Positions 50,497-62,789 of a stretch of DNA of 64,000 bases are shown piece after piece. Made by a program: the position numbers and the translations under genes. The notes below the pieces were generated by a model. It searched no databases. It was not told the origin of the DNA and worked only from the letters and a program-made list of their open reading frames with translations. Position 1 is the first letter of the stretch, and each line of letters starts with the position of its first letter. The stretch is from positions 17,419,454-17,483,453 of the forward strand of contig NC_057747.1 in assembly GCF_004010195.1 (NCBI RefSeq), read 5' to 3'. This DNA is from Chiloscyllium plagiosum. Lineage: Eukaryota.

Positions 50497-51447
50497 TGAG
50501 TCCCCCACCCCCTAATGCTGTTTAATTAACTAAGAACTCATGCTAGCTACAAAGAGTATGACTTGATGGTTCCTGCTCAGTATCAATGTCCAAGCATTCA
50601 ATTCAATGATTGACTCCATCCTGACTGGGCAGTTTTGTTGTAAAGCTCCACTTTGTGTACATCCCAAGCCATTAACAGCATTTCCCATCCAAATAGGTAT
50701 TGTGAATCTTCAATACAGTGATAGCAGGAATGCAAAATGCAGCTATGAAGAAAACCTCAATGAGGGCACTTTTTAATGTGGCAAACCAACAGAGATATTC
50801 AAGAAGTGCCAAGTGATGAAAACTGTTCCATGAAATGGTAACAAGAGGGAAAAGTCTGATGAAGAATGAAGGAATAATTTAGAAAATATTTTTCGCATGA
50901 TGACTTACTTGGACAGAATACGCTTCTTTCAATTCCCATTATGGCTGAGTGGAACACCCTCAAACAACAATTTGATGACTATTTGTAGAGGAATATATAC
51001 AATGAACCAGGAAGAGAACAAGAACTAGCAGATTTTTGGATGTGTAATTTCTGTTATTATATTTAGAATTTTTTTTTTCTGCTTCTGTGAATGCCCAGAT
51101 GCTCTTTCTTGTATTGCTTCGAGGCCAAAATGGAAGGCGGCTGTTACAATAGAATCAAAAGAGGAACAGCACGGAAAGAGATCACTAGATTTTTGTTGGA
51201 TCTTTCCAGTAGCAACTCAATTAGCCCAACCTTTCTCCAAATCCAAGCAATTCTTGTCCTTTAGCTATTATTCCTGTACCCTTTTGAGGTATTCAATTGA
51301 ACTTGTTTCCAACACACTATCAGCCGGTGCGTTCCAAATCCTAACCAATTATTCCTGGTGTACATCTGCCAGGCCAGGCCTTTCATTGCAAACTGTTAAT
51401 CTTAATGGAGGGTTGATAATTAGTGAGGATATTGCTGAATTTCTCGT

Positions 51448-52035
51448 AAAATGGTGACAAAATAGGACGCTCCAGCCGGAGCTCATCAGCCATGCCTGTT
51501 CTTTTCTTCCTTTTTCTTTTTCTCTCCCTCTTTCCCTCTCTAGTCTTCCTTCTCTTGGCCTTGGACACCCAGCCTCAGCCTCTGATTCCTGGATTCCAAA
51601 GCAGGGACAGCGGTTGGCGGCCTCAAGTGGGGACACCAGACCCGCAGCCCAGTGCAAAGCGGGGGGCAGCGGCCCAGGGCAGAACATGGTGGCAGCCATC
51701 AGTCAGGCCAAGTGGAATCCCCCCATGCTGGTCTGCTGCGGAGAGCCCTTGGCGAGAGGCTGGGATGCTTAACTTTTTAACTTTTTGTTTTTCTACCTTA
51801 TACTTATACTCTGTATGGCCGTTATGTAATTTTGTTTCATTTCTCTATTCTGTGCCTGATTGCACCTGGGTAATGTGTACGTAAGATGGCACCATGTTTT
51901 GGTGACATTGTTGCACTGTAACTGAAGAAGCTGTACCAAGGTATGTTTGGACCTAAAATGGTGCTGTAAGTGGCAACTTGTCAACTCTTCACTGTACTCA
52001 TTTGAGTACATGTGACAATAAAGCTAATTTAATTA
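51448..52035 (+). mobile_element. GC-rich non-coding retroposon with a Rex1/Babar-like 3' tail; a second 3' fragment lies at 2507-2605 (minus)
   Basis: GC-rich body, tail TCACTGTACTCATTTGAGTACATGTGACAATAAA; TAAGATGGYRCCA block and tail shared with the 2507-2605 fragment. Confidence 0.55.
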
Positions 52036-52640
52036 AAATTCTTCTAATTCTGCTGCTGACAGTCCAAATAGTCCATTTGTCAGCACAACTACAAAAGACA
52101 GTATTACAACATGAAGGGAATAGTCAAATTGAAAAAGAAGTAGTCCTCAAGAAAAGAATTATTTTGACTTCTCACATTGTTGCTGCTCTTTCTGAGATTA
52201 GCATCTGAATGCAAATCTGATTCGGAAGTTTCTTGTCTGTAGAGGGTTCAGCTGTGCGCAAAATAAATGAGGTGAACCGTTTAGGGGGACCTAGAATGGA
52301 TATTAGGTATCTTAGAAAATTAATCTAGAGAGGAACCACAAGGCATGGAATTATAATCCAGTGAGGGTTTAATATTATCAAAGAACGGGGAAAAGATAGA
52401 GCAATTTAAACCAGTGATTAATTCTCTACAGCTAGCTAAGGATAGTGGGTTAATGTATGGATTTCACAGGCTTGGACTGACAAGTCTGATAAATAAGGAG
52501 GTGGAAGCTAGAGACAGATTGGGTAATATCATTGACACAAGATAGACATAATTCTAGTGCAACCTGATGGTTTAGCATCATAGTAATACGATCATTGCAC
52601 GACTTGAGCCATTCTCACTCAATTTGTTTTGTTTCCTCAG

Positions 52641-52754
52641 TTTAATACTGGATTACCTTTTAAGACTCTTTTAATATGCTGGGGACCATATAGCCTGCTG
52701 TGCATGTATGCTGTCATGGAAAATGTTACTGTATTGTCTCCAAAACTAAGAATG
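52641..52754 (+). CDS. RGR: RGR exon 6 (TM6)
   Basis: FNTGLPFKTLLICWGPYSLLCMYAVMENVTVLSPKLRM. Acceptor gtttcctcag, donor ATG|gtgagt; 114 nt, phase 0/0. Confidence 0.95.
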
Positions 52755-53072
52755 GTGAGTAGTAATAGTTGGTATTATATCAAAAAGTCATGATTATAAA
52801 TTGGTGTGGGGTGGGAGTTACACAAATAGTGCTATTTTACTAAAGGATAAACCAGAATGATTCTTTTGATTTTCACTCTATTTTTCAAATATTATACCGA
52901 TTGGAGATAAACAAATAGAAAGAATAGTAAATTAGCTACTTGTTTAGAGAAGCATTATGTTGATATAGATATATGATTCTTGTTTCATATATTTTGTTTC
53001 TATTATTGAGTTTTATACATTTTCAAAACTAAAGTCACTATGTATGCTTTCTGCTTACTCTTGTCTTGACAG

Positions 53073-53216
53073 CTTCCTGCCATTCTTGCAAAAACATCAC
53101 CTATAGCCAATGCTTTTGTCTATGCTCTTGGAAATCCAAACTACAGAGGAGGGATCTGGTCCTTCTTAACAGGAGAGAAAATTGGATCCATTGAAATGGA
53201 TGGGAAGCTTAAATAA
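53073..53216 (+). CDS. RGR: RGR exon 7 (TM7 with retinal-binding Lys255, stop)
   Basis: LPAILAKTSPIANAFVYALGNPNYRGGIWSFLTGEKIGSIEMDGKLK-stop. Joined CDS 888 nt = 295 aa + stop. Confidence 0.95.
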   Translation, partial: LPAILAKTSPIANAFVYALGNPNYRGGIWSFLTGEKIGSIEMDGKLK

Positions 53217-53435
53217 GTGAAATACAACCACTTACAGAACAATCATTGGAACATGAACTGAAGTGCCAACAGAAGCTTTTGACCCAACCTTTATATCAAG
53301 TTGCTTTCACAGTAGAAGCACTTTGTACCTTTCACAAATCAAGGAGTTAGAATGAATATACTGGCAGTTTATAACAACACTTGAACACGCATGCACAGCT
53401 ATTGGCTCCAAAAGGCCGTAACTCCATGTTATTTA

Positions 53436-53629
53436 CATACACAAACAAAAACAGAAATTGCTGGAACATCTCAACCTGTCTGGCAGCATCTGTGGAGACA
53501 AATCAGAATTAATATTTTGGGTCCAGTGACCCTTCTTCAGAACAGATTTCTCTCCACAGAGCACCCAGACCTGCTGAGATTTTGTTTCTGATTTGCAGCA
53601 TCCACAGCTCTTTTGTTTTTATTTTAATC
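53436..53629. mobile_element. Family C inverted-pair mini-element within the probable RGR 3' UTR
   Basis: Inverted arms, 12-bp TSD CCATGTT(A/G)TTTA (53424-53435, 53630-53641), decayed hammerhead on minus at 53508-53543. Confidence 0.75.
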
Positions 53630-53661
53630 CCATGTTGTTTAAGACTGCTCAGTTGGTTGCA

Positions 53662-53667
53662 AATAAA
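53662..53667 (+). terminator. Candidate RGR polyadenylation signal AATAAA
   Basis: First AATAAA I find after the RGR stop, followed by a T/GT-rich tract. Confidence 0.5.
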
Positions 53668-54466
53668 TTACATTCTATATTCTATTTTTTGTAGTCCCTT
53701 TGATATTTGCACTTCAGCTGATCTATAGATGATGAATAGCTATGGAAAATTTGTTATTTGTTGAACTGGAGCAATGCGCAATTAGAAATGCACAGCTTGG
53801 TTTAAAAAGAAGGTGAAGGTTATAACATGAATGGATTCACTCCTTCCTCTATGGAAATGTCTGAATGCAGAATATGACTACATTTTCAAAAATACAGTTG
53901 GTTCTGACATGATGCAATAGTTCTATTCCCAAGCAATCACACGTTATAAGAAAATTGTATAATAGCAGTGCCATTTAAACTGATGGGGCCAGAATTGCGT
54001 TATAGCCAATACAGGTAAGGAAAGTTCGCTTTCTGCAAATAATGGTCTAAATTCTTCAATTGCATTATAGCCAATTCGCGTTGAAGAAACACACATCATA
54101 TCAGAACCGACTGTACATTCTCAGCCATTTGTGAAAATTGGAGAAAGATTGCAAATGAGTCTGAAGATGGAGCTGTTGTTTTGAGAAATTGTTAACAATA
54201 TACGTAAATATTATAGACGTGACATAATGATCAGCCATTGCATTGAAAAAACAATTAGCATGGTGTATTTTTCTTACAGGCTGCAGATACATAATTAGTT
54301 TTTGTGTTAGAGCACTAACTGGATGGCCATATATTTTGACAGTGTTTATCTTTTCAATGTTATACATTTGAACTCAAGGGGGTTTAATTTTGGATGAATT
54401 TAGACATTGATGGAAATGTGTTGCTGGAGAAGCGCAGCAGGTCAGGCAGCATCTAGGGAACAGGAG

Positions 54467-54502
54467 AATCGACGTTTCGGGCATTAGCCCTTCTTCAGGA
54501 AT
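54467..54502 (-). ncRNA. Minimal type I hammerhead ribozyme motif (left arm)
   Basis: ATTC-CTGAAGA-A-GGGC-TAAT-GCCC-GAA-ACGT-C-GATT; all core nucleotides present. Activity not shown. Confidence 0.7.
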
Positions 54503-55145
54503 GAGGAAAGTTTGTCCAGCAGGCTAAGATAAAAGATAGGGAGCAGGGACTTGGGGGAGGGGCGTCGGAAATGTGATAGGTGGAAAAAGGTCAAGGTGAG
54601 GGTGATAGGACAGATTGGGGTGGGGGCGGAGAGGTCGGGAAGAAGATTGCAGGTTAGGGAGGCGGTGCTGAATTTGATGGTTTTGACTGAGACAGGCTGG
54701 GGGGAGGGGAAATGAGGAAACTGGTGAAATCCGAGTTCAACCCTTGTGGTTGGAGGGTTCCTAGACGGAAGATGAGGCGTTCTTCCTCCAACCATCGTTT
54801 CGCTGTGGTCTGACGATGGAGGACTCCTCCATCGTCAGACCACAGCAAAACGACGGTTGGAGGAAGAACGCCTCATCTTCCACCTAGGAACCCTCCAACC
54901 ACAAGGGATGAACTCGGATTTCACCAGTTTCCTCATTTCCCCTCCCCACAGCCTGTCTCAGTCAAATCCATCAAATTCAGCACCGCCTTCCTAACCTGAG
55001 ATCTTCTTCCCGACCTCTCCGCCCCCACCCCAGTCTCACCTATCACCCTCACCTTGACCTCTTTCCACCGATCACATTTCCGACGCCCCTCCCCCAAGTC
55101 CCTCCTCCCTACCTTTTATCTTAGCCTGCTGGACAAACTTTCCTC

Positions 55146-55181
55146 ATTCCTGAAGAAGGGCTTATGCCCGAAACGTCGATT
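55146..55181 (+). ncRNA. Minimal type I hammerhead ribozyme motif (right arm), predicted cleavage after GUC at 55177
   Basis: ATTC-CTGAAGA-A-GGGC-TTAT-GCCC-GAA-ACGT-C-GATT; all core nucleotides present. Activity not shown. Confidence 0.72.
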
Positions 55182-56360
55182 CTCCTGTTCCCTAGATGCT
55201 GCCTGACCTGCTGCGCTTCTCCAGCAACACATTTCCATCTCTGATCTCCAGCATCTGCAGACCTCATTTTCTCTTCATGAATTTAGACATTGACAAGCTC
55301 ACAGAAACCCCACTTCAAAGTGATCTATGTGTTTCAATTCAGAAAAAAAACTGAATGCTTATTTTAATCTCAAAACAATTGGAAGTTTCACTCTAAATTG
55401 TTAACCTTTAACATTCTTTTTAAGTTTAAATGCCTACACATACTAACTGTTCTACCTATGTCTGCATTTGGGCTCAACATTTAACAGTGCACATTGTTAT
55501 AGAGAATAACAAAATCAGTCTGTTTCCATATTCTAGAACTAATGCTAATATATTCTGATTGCTGAGGCTGAAAAAGTGTTATTTGACTGCCAATCTAGTG
55601 GTAAATCATTGTAATCCTTTATCCCTGGCACAATGTCGGACTAATCAGTGTAAGTGGAAAGGGCAAAGCCTTGGGATTTATTTTGCAAAACAACTTTATT
55701 AGCACAATTTATTTTGTTTACCTAAGTTGAAAAAGAGTACTTTAAATGTTTTGTTACTTTACAGTCAGGTTTAGGGGGGAATTAGACTTGCATTAGAAAA
55801 CTCTAGACATGAATATCATTAATAACAACAAAATATTAATTTATAACAGCATTACAATTCTGCAGAGTGCAATTTGTGGAAATTACAATTGTTGTAGAAT
55901 GGACACTATTGAATACTCTCATACCTCTAATTTAAAAAAATCTATTGGTCAGGTTAAAGAGGTTTTAAGAAATGTCTTGGAAAATATGACTTTAACCCAT
56001 TAATTATGTTGTTACTGTTCCTGATCTAGGTGGATGGGGCTGCTAATTCTATAATTCATGAAATTTAGTATGTTTGTCTCATCTGCCTTGTCATTTATTC
56101 AAAAATATCTCAAGGACTTGTTCAACAATGCCTTAACATTTTCTTTGTGTTCCTTTAAAAATAATTCTTTTGTTATCTGTCATGTTCTTTATGCATCTAA
56201 TTAACTATTTGCCTTTTTTCTCTTTCAATCTCAAATTTAACTTTTATTTATTTTTAAATGTATTTCCCTGTAACTCATTCTGCTCCTTTCTCTATCCTCT
56301 ACTTTCATAAATTAAGTTAATGAGTCATTGGCCATGAAATTCACATGACCCCAGATTTAT

Positions 56361-56669
56361 GGGCGGCACGGTGGCACAGTGGTTAGCACTGCTGCCTCAC
56401 AGCGCCAGAGACCCGGGTTCAATTCCCGCCTCAGGCGACTAACTGTGTGGAGTTTGCACGTTCTCCCCGTGTCTGTGTGGGTTTCCTCCGGGTGCTCCAG
56501 TTTCCTCCCACCATCCAAAGATGTGCAGGGTCAGGTGAATTGGCCATACTAAATTGCCTGTAGTGTTAGGTAAGGGGTAAATGTAGGGGTATGGGTGGGT
56601 TTCGCTTCGGTGGGTCGGTGTGGACTTGTTGGGCCGAAGGGCCTGTTTCCACACTGTAATCTAATCTAA
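56361..56669 (+). mobile_element. HE1-type V-SINE (young)
   Basis: GGGCGGCACGGTGGCACAGTGGTTAGCACTGCTGCCTCACAGCGCC..., (TAATC)n tail. Confidence 0.92.
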
Positions 56670-57319
56670 ATGACGCATTGACTTTACTATGCTGTTACTG
56701 GATTAAGGCTCTAGCAATTGAAGGTGCCAATGTAATACAAGGTCAGCAGTAAGCTAAAATATCAAACAACTTCATTATTCAGCATTACAGCTTGCTATCA
56801 CCATCATAGGAATATCAACAAACATTGGAAGTGCCTTTGTAAATAGGACCATCAAACCTGTGAGCCATTTCCTAATTCCACTGGCACCAATGCTCTCTGA
56901 GGCAGCAAGCAGTGGCATTACTGTGTGAGCTTTCTCTATTGAGTTGAATGGGTTTGAGAGAGAGCTGTGAATGGTTCTCTGCAGTGTACCAAATATTGAC
57001 ACCAAATCTGATCCTTCAAGGTTGCTTTTGCATGTGATTGTTAAAACTGAATACCTCAAGTGCTAAACTAAACATGAAAATGTATCTGTTGAACGACACA
57101 ATGACTGCCTGAGAATACCTCATTAAAAACACTCCACACTTTTGGTATGAAGCCTTACTGAGCCTTGAGAATCATTCAGTCACTGCTTTGCAGTCATGCC
57201 AGCTGGAGCAACAGATAATTTCCAATCAACCTACTCAGCAATGTTATAACACACCACTGGAGGTGGTGACACTATCACTGTACCACAAGACCCCTCATCT
57301 GGAGTGATAGTAGATAGCT

Positions 57320-57846
57320 ATGAAGTATTTTCAGCTTATGGAAATAGACCCTTTGGCCCAACTTATCCATGTCAGCCAGATATCTTAAATTAATCTAGTC
57401 CCATTTGTCAGCACTTGGCCTATATCTCTCACAAACCCTTCCTATTCATATATCCATCCAGGTGCCTTTTAAATGTTGTAATTGTACCAGCCTCCACCAC
57501 TTCCTCTGACAACTCATTCCATACACGCACCACCCTCTGCGTGAAAAAGTTGACCATTAGGTCCCTTTAACATCTTTCCCCTCTCACCTTAAACCTATCC
57601 CCTCTAGTTTTGGACTCCCTTACCCTGGGAAAATGACCCTGGTTATTCATCCTATCCATTGCCCCTCATGAAGTTCTATAAATATTCTATACAAACTTCT
57701 ATACATATTTTATGAACTCCAATATTCCAGGGAAAATAGCCCCAGCCTAATCAGCCTCTCCCTATAGCTCAAACCCTCCAATCCTTGTAAATCTTTTCTG
57801 AATCCTTTCCACTTGCACAACATCTTTGCTATGGCAGGAAGACCAG
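57320..57846 (-). mobile_element. CR1/HER 3' fragment
   Basis: Reverse complement of the 46800-47330 region. Confidence 0.88.
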
Positions 57847-59218
57847 TTACAATTTAAAGACAGAAATTCATATGGAATCTATAGCACAGAAACAGAACTT
57901 TCGGTCCATATGTTCTAAGAAACTTTTATGACCCATACCAACTTTATCCCATCCATCTCCTTCTAACTCATTAATATATCTTTCTATTTCTTTCTCCTTC
58001 ATATATTTATCAGGTTTCCCCCAAAGTGCACTAATACTATTGTTTCAACCACACCTTGCAAAAAATAAATGCAAATAATTTGTTTTCAGGGAAAGGTAGA
58101 AAATCAGCATTAGCTGTAAGGGAGGATATTAAACAAAGAGAATGTTTTATCCTGGAGAGAGTTTTGCTTGTATCACAGACACTTGAAAAAAATTATGAAT
58201 GCTGCCCTCCACTGTGTTGAAAGTGTAAATGTTTCTTTTAGTTTCTGTTTCTAAAAATCATTACAAAGAGCAAATCAAATCACATGAATTATTTTTAATG
58301 TCCACAAGTCTATTACATGAACTTTCAAATTTCACCTTCCTTTTTAACATTAGTTGTAATTTTTAATAAAGATTAGTAGGTTCCCGTGGCATTGCTCACA
58401 TGATATTTGAAGTGTGACAGTGTCATGACAATGGATCATAATCCCGAATTAATTATAAGCATATTGAACTTTTAAAATAAGACATGTATTTTCAAACTGA
58501 CATGCCAAGAATGGATGATAAAGTAAATGGAATTCACTGACCACTGGAAGTCTATGTGCAAATCCATGGAATGTGACATCCTTATAGCGTCTGGGAAACT
58601 TCAAACAGAGGAAGCGATGCAAAGCAAAATGATTACTCCTCTCAGCAGTAAAGTCACCTCCGATGGGTTGTATCCCACTCTGTGGACATGAGTCAAAAAG
58701 CATGCTATGTTTAACCTTCTCAGCAATACACAAGAACAGGGGTTTAAAAATGCCTGCAGTCCTCGTCTCACTATGTACTATGTTAGTTGGCTGATGTGCC
58801 AGTGTGGTCAAGTGTGCTAATATGAAGGTCATAGCTTAGGGACAGCCATTAGTCCAACTTGCACTTCAGTTAAAGAAAGAACCTCTCTCAATCTGTGTTC
58901 TGGAAACTAGGCCAGCCAATGAAATCATCATAGAAAAGGAGCCAGGACAAAAGCCTGTCAACTAACCTGCAGGGCAAAGAATCTCAAAATCAATTGCTCA
59001 ATTTCCAACATCAGTATCATCCCAACTTAATGGCTGCAACGTTCCATCATGTATTCTTCACAGACCCTAATGACTGATTCATATATCTTCTTTACTGTTA
59101 TCATTTTATTCAATTCACGTTTGTAAACTGTCTGTATGGGTAATGTGTTTTTTTTTATCTTTTCTTGTATTTGGGAATGAATAAACTCCTGTTTCATTAC
59201 CTCAAGAAAGCTTGGTTA

Positions 59219-59478
59219 TCATGGCAAATAAAAACCGAAAGAACTGCAGATATCGTAAATCAGAAACAGAAACAGAAGTTGCTGGAAAAGCTCAGTAGGT
59301 CTGGCAGCATATCTGTGCAGAAAAATCAGAGTTAGCATTTTGTATCCAGTGACCCTTTCTCAGAATGTCGTGCCTCCGTTCTGAGGAAGGGACACGAGAT
59401 CCGAAATGTTAATTCTGATTTCTCTTTACTGATGCTGCCAGACCTGCTGAGCTTTTCCGGCAATTTCTGTTTCTGTTT
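59219..59478. mobile_element. Family C inverted-pair mini-element; hammerhead motif at 59378-59413 (+) and a decayed mirror copy
   Basis: Inverted arms, TSD TTGGTTA (59212-59218, 59479-59485), GTT-CTGAGGA-A-GGGAC-ACGA-GATCC-GAA-ATGT-T-AAT. Confidence 0.78.
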
Positions 59479-59542
59479 TTGGTTAATTTGACTCATTTTA
59501 AAACATAAATACATTCGGATTGGAAAAAAGAAATCCACAAGG

Positions 59543-62500
59543 TGTGACGATGCTATGGCTTTAGACGATTATTTTGTTACGACTAAAAGGATTGTAGAAG
59601 AGTTACTCCAATGTTTTACTAGATATGGACTACCCACACAGATACAATGAGATCAAAGGTCAAATTTTACATCAAAATTAGTTAAGATGGTTATGGATTG
59701 CTTAGGAATAAAACAGTTCAAATACCCTGCTTACCATAGAAAATCTAGGGAGCATTAGAACAGTGGCATCATACGTTAAAGACCATGTTAAGGGCTTATG
59801 GTCAAAACTATCCAGATTGGGAAAAAGGAATTTCATTTCTACCTTTGGCAACTGGGGATGCACCTAATGAATCTACCAAATTGTGTCCAATTGAACTTGT
59901 ATTTGGGCATGAAGTGAGAGGACCACTGAAATTAATTAAGGAGAAATTGGTGAGTCAGAGTTCAGAGACCACATATTTGGACTATATGGCAAATTTTAGG
60001 GAAAGATTAAATAGAGCAGGTGAGTTGGCTAGATAGTATGTGATGAAATAGAGAGGCAACAAGAGATCAAAATAGTTGCAATTTTGCTTGTGGAGATAAT
60101 GTGTTAGTGTTACTCCCAATGGTAGGTGAACATGTAAAGGTGCCATTTAGTGGGACTTACCAAATTGAAAGGAAATTGAGTGAGATGGATTATTTAATAA
60201 GAATGCCAGATAAAAAAAATCTCACAGAGTGTGTCTTGTGGATATGCTCAAAAGGTATTTTGACAGGGAAGGAAAGCAAAAGGAGAATGTGTTACTTGTT
60301 ACAACACTAAATGAAGCACCAAGTTCAAATGAACTGGACATTCCTCAAATTAAATTGGCAATGAGGAAGTTCTCAAAAATTGGGATAAATTATTGAGTTA
60401 CCTTCTAGAGGAAAATTGAAATGACCTGAAAGTGTTGTTATAATCACATGGGGAAATATGTGGGAATAAGATAGGAATTACTAATCTAATTATGCATGAA
60501 GAAGACATAGGAAATACTGTTCCAATTAAGCAACATGCTATAGACTTAACCCTTTAAAGTTGGCACAGGTTCAAAAAGAGATTGAACACTTGCTCAGAGA
60601 TAATATAATTGAAGTGAGTTGGAGCTCACCTATAGTAATGGTGCCGTAACCAGGTGGTACCCAATGATTATGTGTAGACTATCGCAAAGTCAATGCAGTT
60701 ACAAATTCTGATTCATATCCTATTCCACATTTGGAAGACTGTATTGAGAAGAGGGAACAAGCAACTTACATTTCTAAGTTAAAATTACTCAGAGGACTCT
60801 GGCACATACCTTTATCCAAAAGAGTGAAGGCAATTTCAGTTTTCGTGACACCAAATGGACTCTTTCAGTTTAAAATCATGCCATTTTGTATGAAAAATGT
60901 ACCAGCCACATTTCAAATACTAGCCAATAAAGCCATTCTAGACTATCCAATTGTGTGGTGTACGTCAACAATCTGATGATTTTTAGTCACACATAGAAGG
61001 AACATTTGCAGCATCCATTGGAATTATTCGATCGACTTTGGAAGATGAACTTGATGATAAACCTGGCTAAAAGTGATTTTGCAAAAGCCCAAGTCACGTT
61101 CCTGGGCCATTTTTGGACATGGACAGATGGCTCCATGGGACGTGAAAATTACGTTGTTGAGGAGTTTCCCTTACCATCAATGAAGAGGGCAGTACCACAA
61201 TTCCTGGGATTGAATGGTTTTTATCGGAAGTTCGTACCGAATTTTAGCAGTTTGGTTGCTCCACTCACTGCCTTATTGAGGAAGAGCAGAAAGCTTCAGA
61301 AGGCATTTAACAGCTGAAAGCTGTGTTAAAACATTGCCCCAGTGCTAGCCACATCTAATTACTCAAAGCCGTTCAGAGTGGCTATCGATTTGAGTGGTGT
61401 AAGTGTTGGTGCTGTACACTTGAAGAAAGATGTTAAGAAGATAGAAAGACTTATTAGGTATTTTTCCAGAAAATTGAATAGTCATCAATAGAAATAATCC
61501 ACAATTGAGAAGGCGACCTTGAACTTGGTATTGGCATTACAACATTTCCACATTTATATTGCCAGTACTTTGTCTGAGACAATTGTATATACTGATCAAA
61601 ACCCATTAAAGTTTGCAGAGAAATTTAAGGACATAAATTCCAGACTGTTTAGTTGGGGCTTATTATTGCAGCCATTCAATTTGAAAATTATACATGTGGC
61701 CAGACAAGAGAATGGAATGAAGGAAGACAGAGGGGTTCAGTGGCAGAAAATAATACGGACTGAAATAGACTGTAGTAGTGAATGTTTGCATGCTTAGAGT
61801 CAGTGTAACATATCTGTAGTATGTACTAATAGTGTAAGATGAGGATTTTAAAAAATGAAGCCGTCTTTGTACATTAATGATTTTTTTTGGGGGGATAGGT
61901 GTGACAATGCAGTGGTTTTAAAAGGTTATTTATGTCCTCATTTTTTTTGAAGAGTGGTTGTAAAAGCAGAGTAGCTGAAGTGGCTACTGAAGATTGCTTA
62001 AGTCAATAACTTAGGATGCTTTTCAGTTTTTTTTAACAGTTGTAACAGTGGAAGGTGAGTGGCCAACTCTGACAGACCAGGCTTTCTCATTTTTCTAGCT
62101 TTAGCAGTCAGAAGCTGTTTGGGTCACAGAGGGGTTGGAAGATTTAGGAAAGGATACCTCTCTGCTAATCTCTCTGAAATCTCTCTTGATGCTGTTTCCT
62201 CCTGGATTGGAGAACTGCATGTGAAAATCTGTGTCAGATTTTACCTTTTTGGCAACAGGTGTGTTTATGGGATGTTACGATATTGGAACATTTAATTAAT
62301 AATAGATACAGTATATATTATTTGGTTAACTTGTCACAATAGTTATGTTATTCCAACTTGCTTCTTTATTTTGTTTATATTTTAATTATTATGTTTAAAT
62401 AAATTGTGTTTTGCTTAACATTGAGTCGTTTGACCAGTCATATTATATCTGGATCACGCACTTCACCTTTAAAATAAGAAAAACCTAGGGTCTAGAAAAC

Positions 62501-62760
62501 CTTCTGAAAAAATTGTGAGGGAATCTGGTCTGATCCATAACACTACAGTGGATGAATAAAGTGCATTTTGCTTTAAATCCAGTAATTCGACCAAATCAAA
62601 TTGCATCTAAAATGAAACCCCTTACATTTACATTTAAAATAAGAAAAATTCAGGGTCTAGGCTTTCTTCCAGGGTGTGCTTATGGGATGTTGTTATATTG
62701 GAACAGTTAATTACTAATTGTTACTGAACATCTTGAAGGGGTTTAGTCTGATCCATAATA
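59543..62760 (+). mobile_element. Defective Gmr1-like Gypsy LTR retrotransposon (INT-RT-RNaseH order), 3' LTR 61900-62542
   Basis: Integrase FTRYGLPTQIQ...GALEQWHHTLKTML (59600-60030) precedes RT LCVDYRKVNAVTNSDSYPIP and FLGLNGFYRKFVPNFS, then RNase H YFSRKLN. PPT at 61889-61899, LTR TG...CA, 4-bp TSD AAGG at 59539-59542 and 62761-62764; many stops and frameshifts. Confidence 0.85.
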
Positions 62761-62789
62761 AAGGGAAAGGATCATTTTTGATTAACCTT

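Larger units (their letters stand above)
54409..55276. mobile_element. Young palindromic Penelope-like insertion, family A (two 415-bp inverted arms + 37-nt tail)
   Basis: Arms 54409-54823 and 54825-55239 around a single C; TSD ATGAATTTAGACATTGA (54394-54410, 55277-55293). The arms encode a GIY-YIG C-terminus RLEEERLIFxLGTLQPQGxN. Confidence 0.92.

Noticed and set aside
56361-56430. tRNA gene
   Set aside because: It is the tRNA-derived head of an HE1 SINE, continuous with the V-domain and tail.
56775-57059. 94-aa minus-strand ORF downstream of RGR
   Set aside because: Non-ATG start, no recognisable domain and no convincing splice sites.
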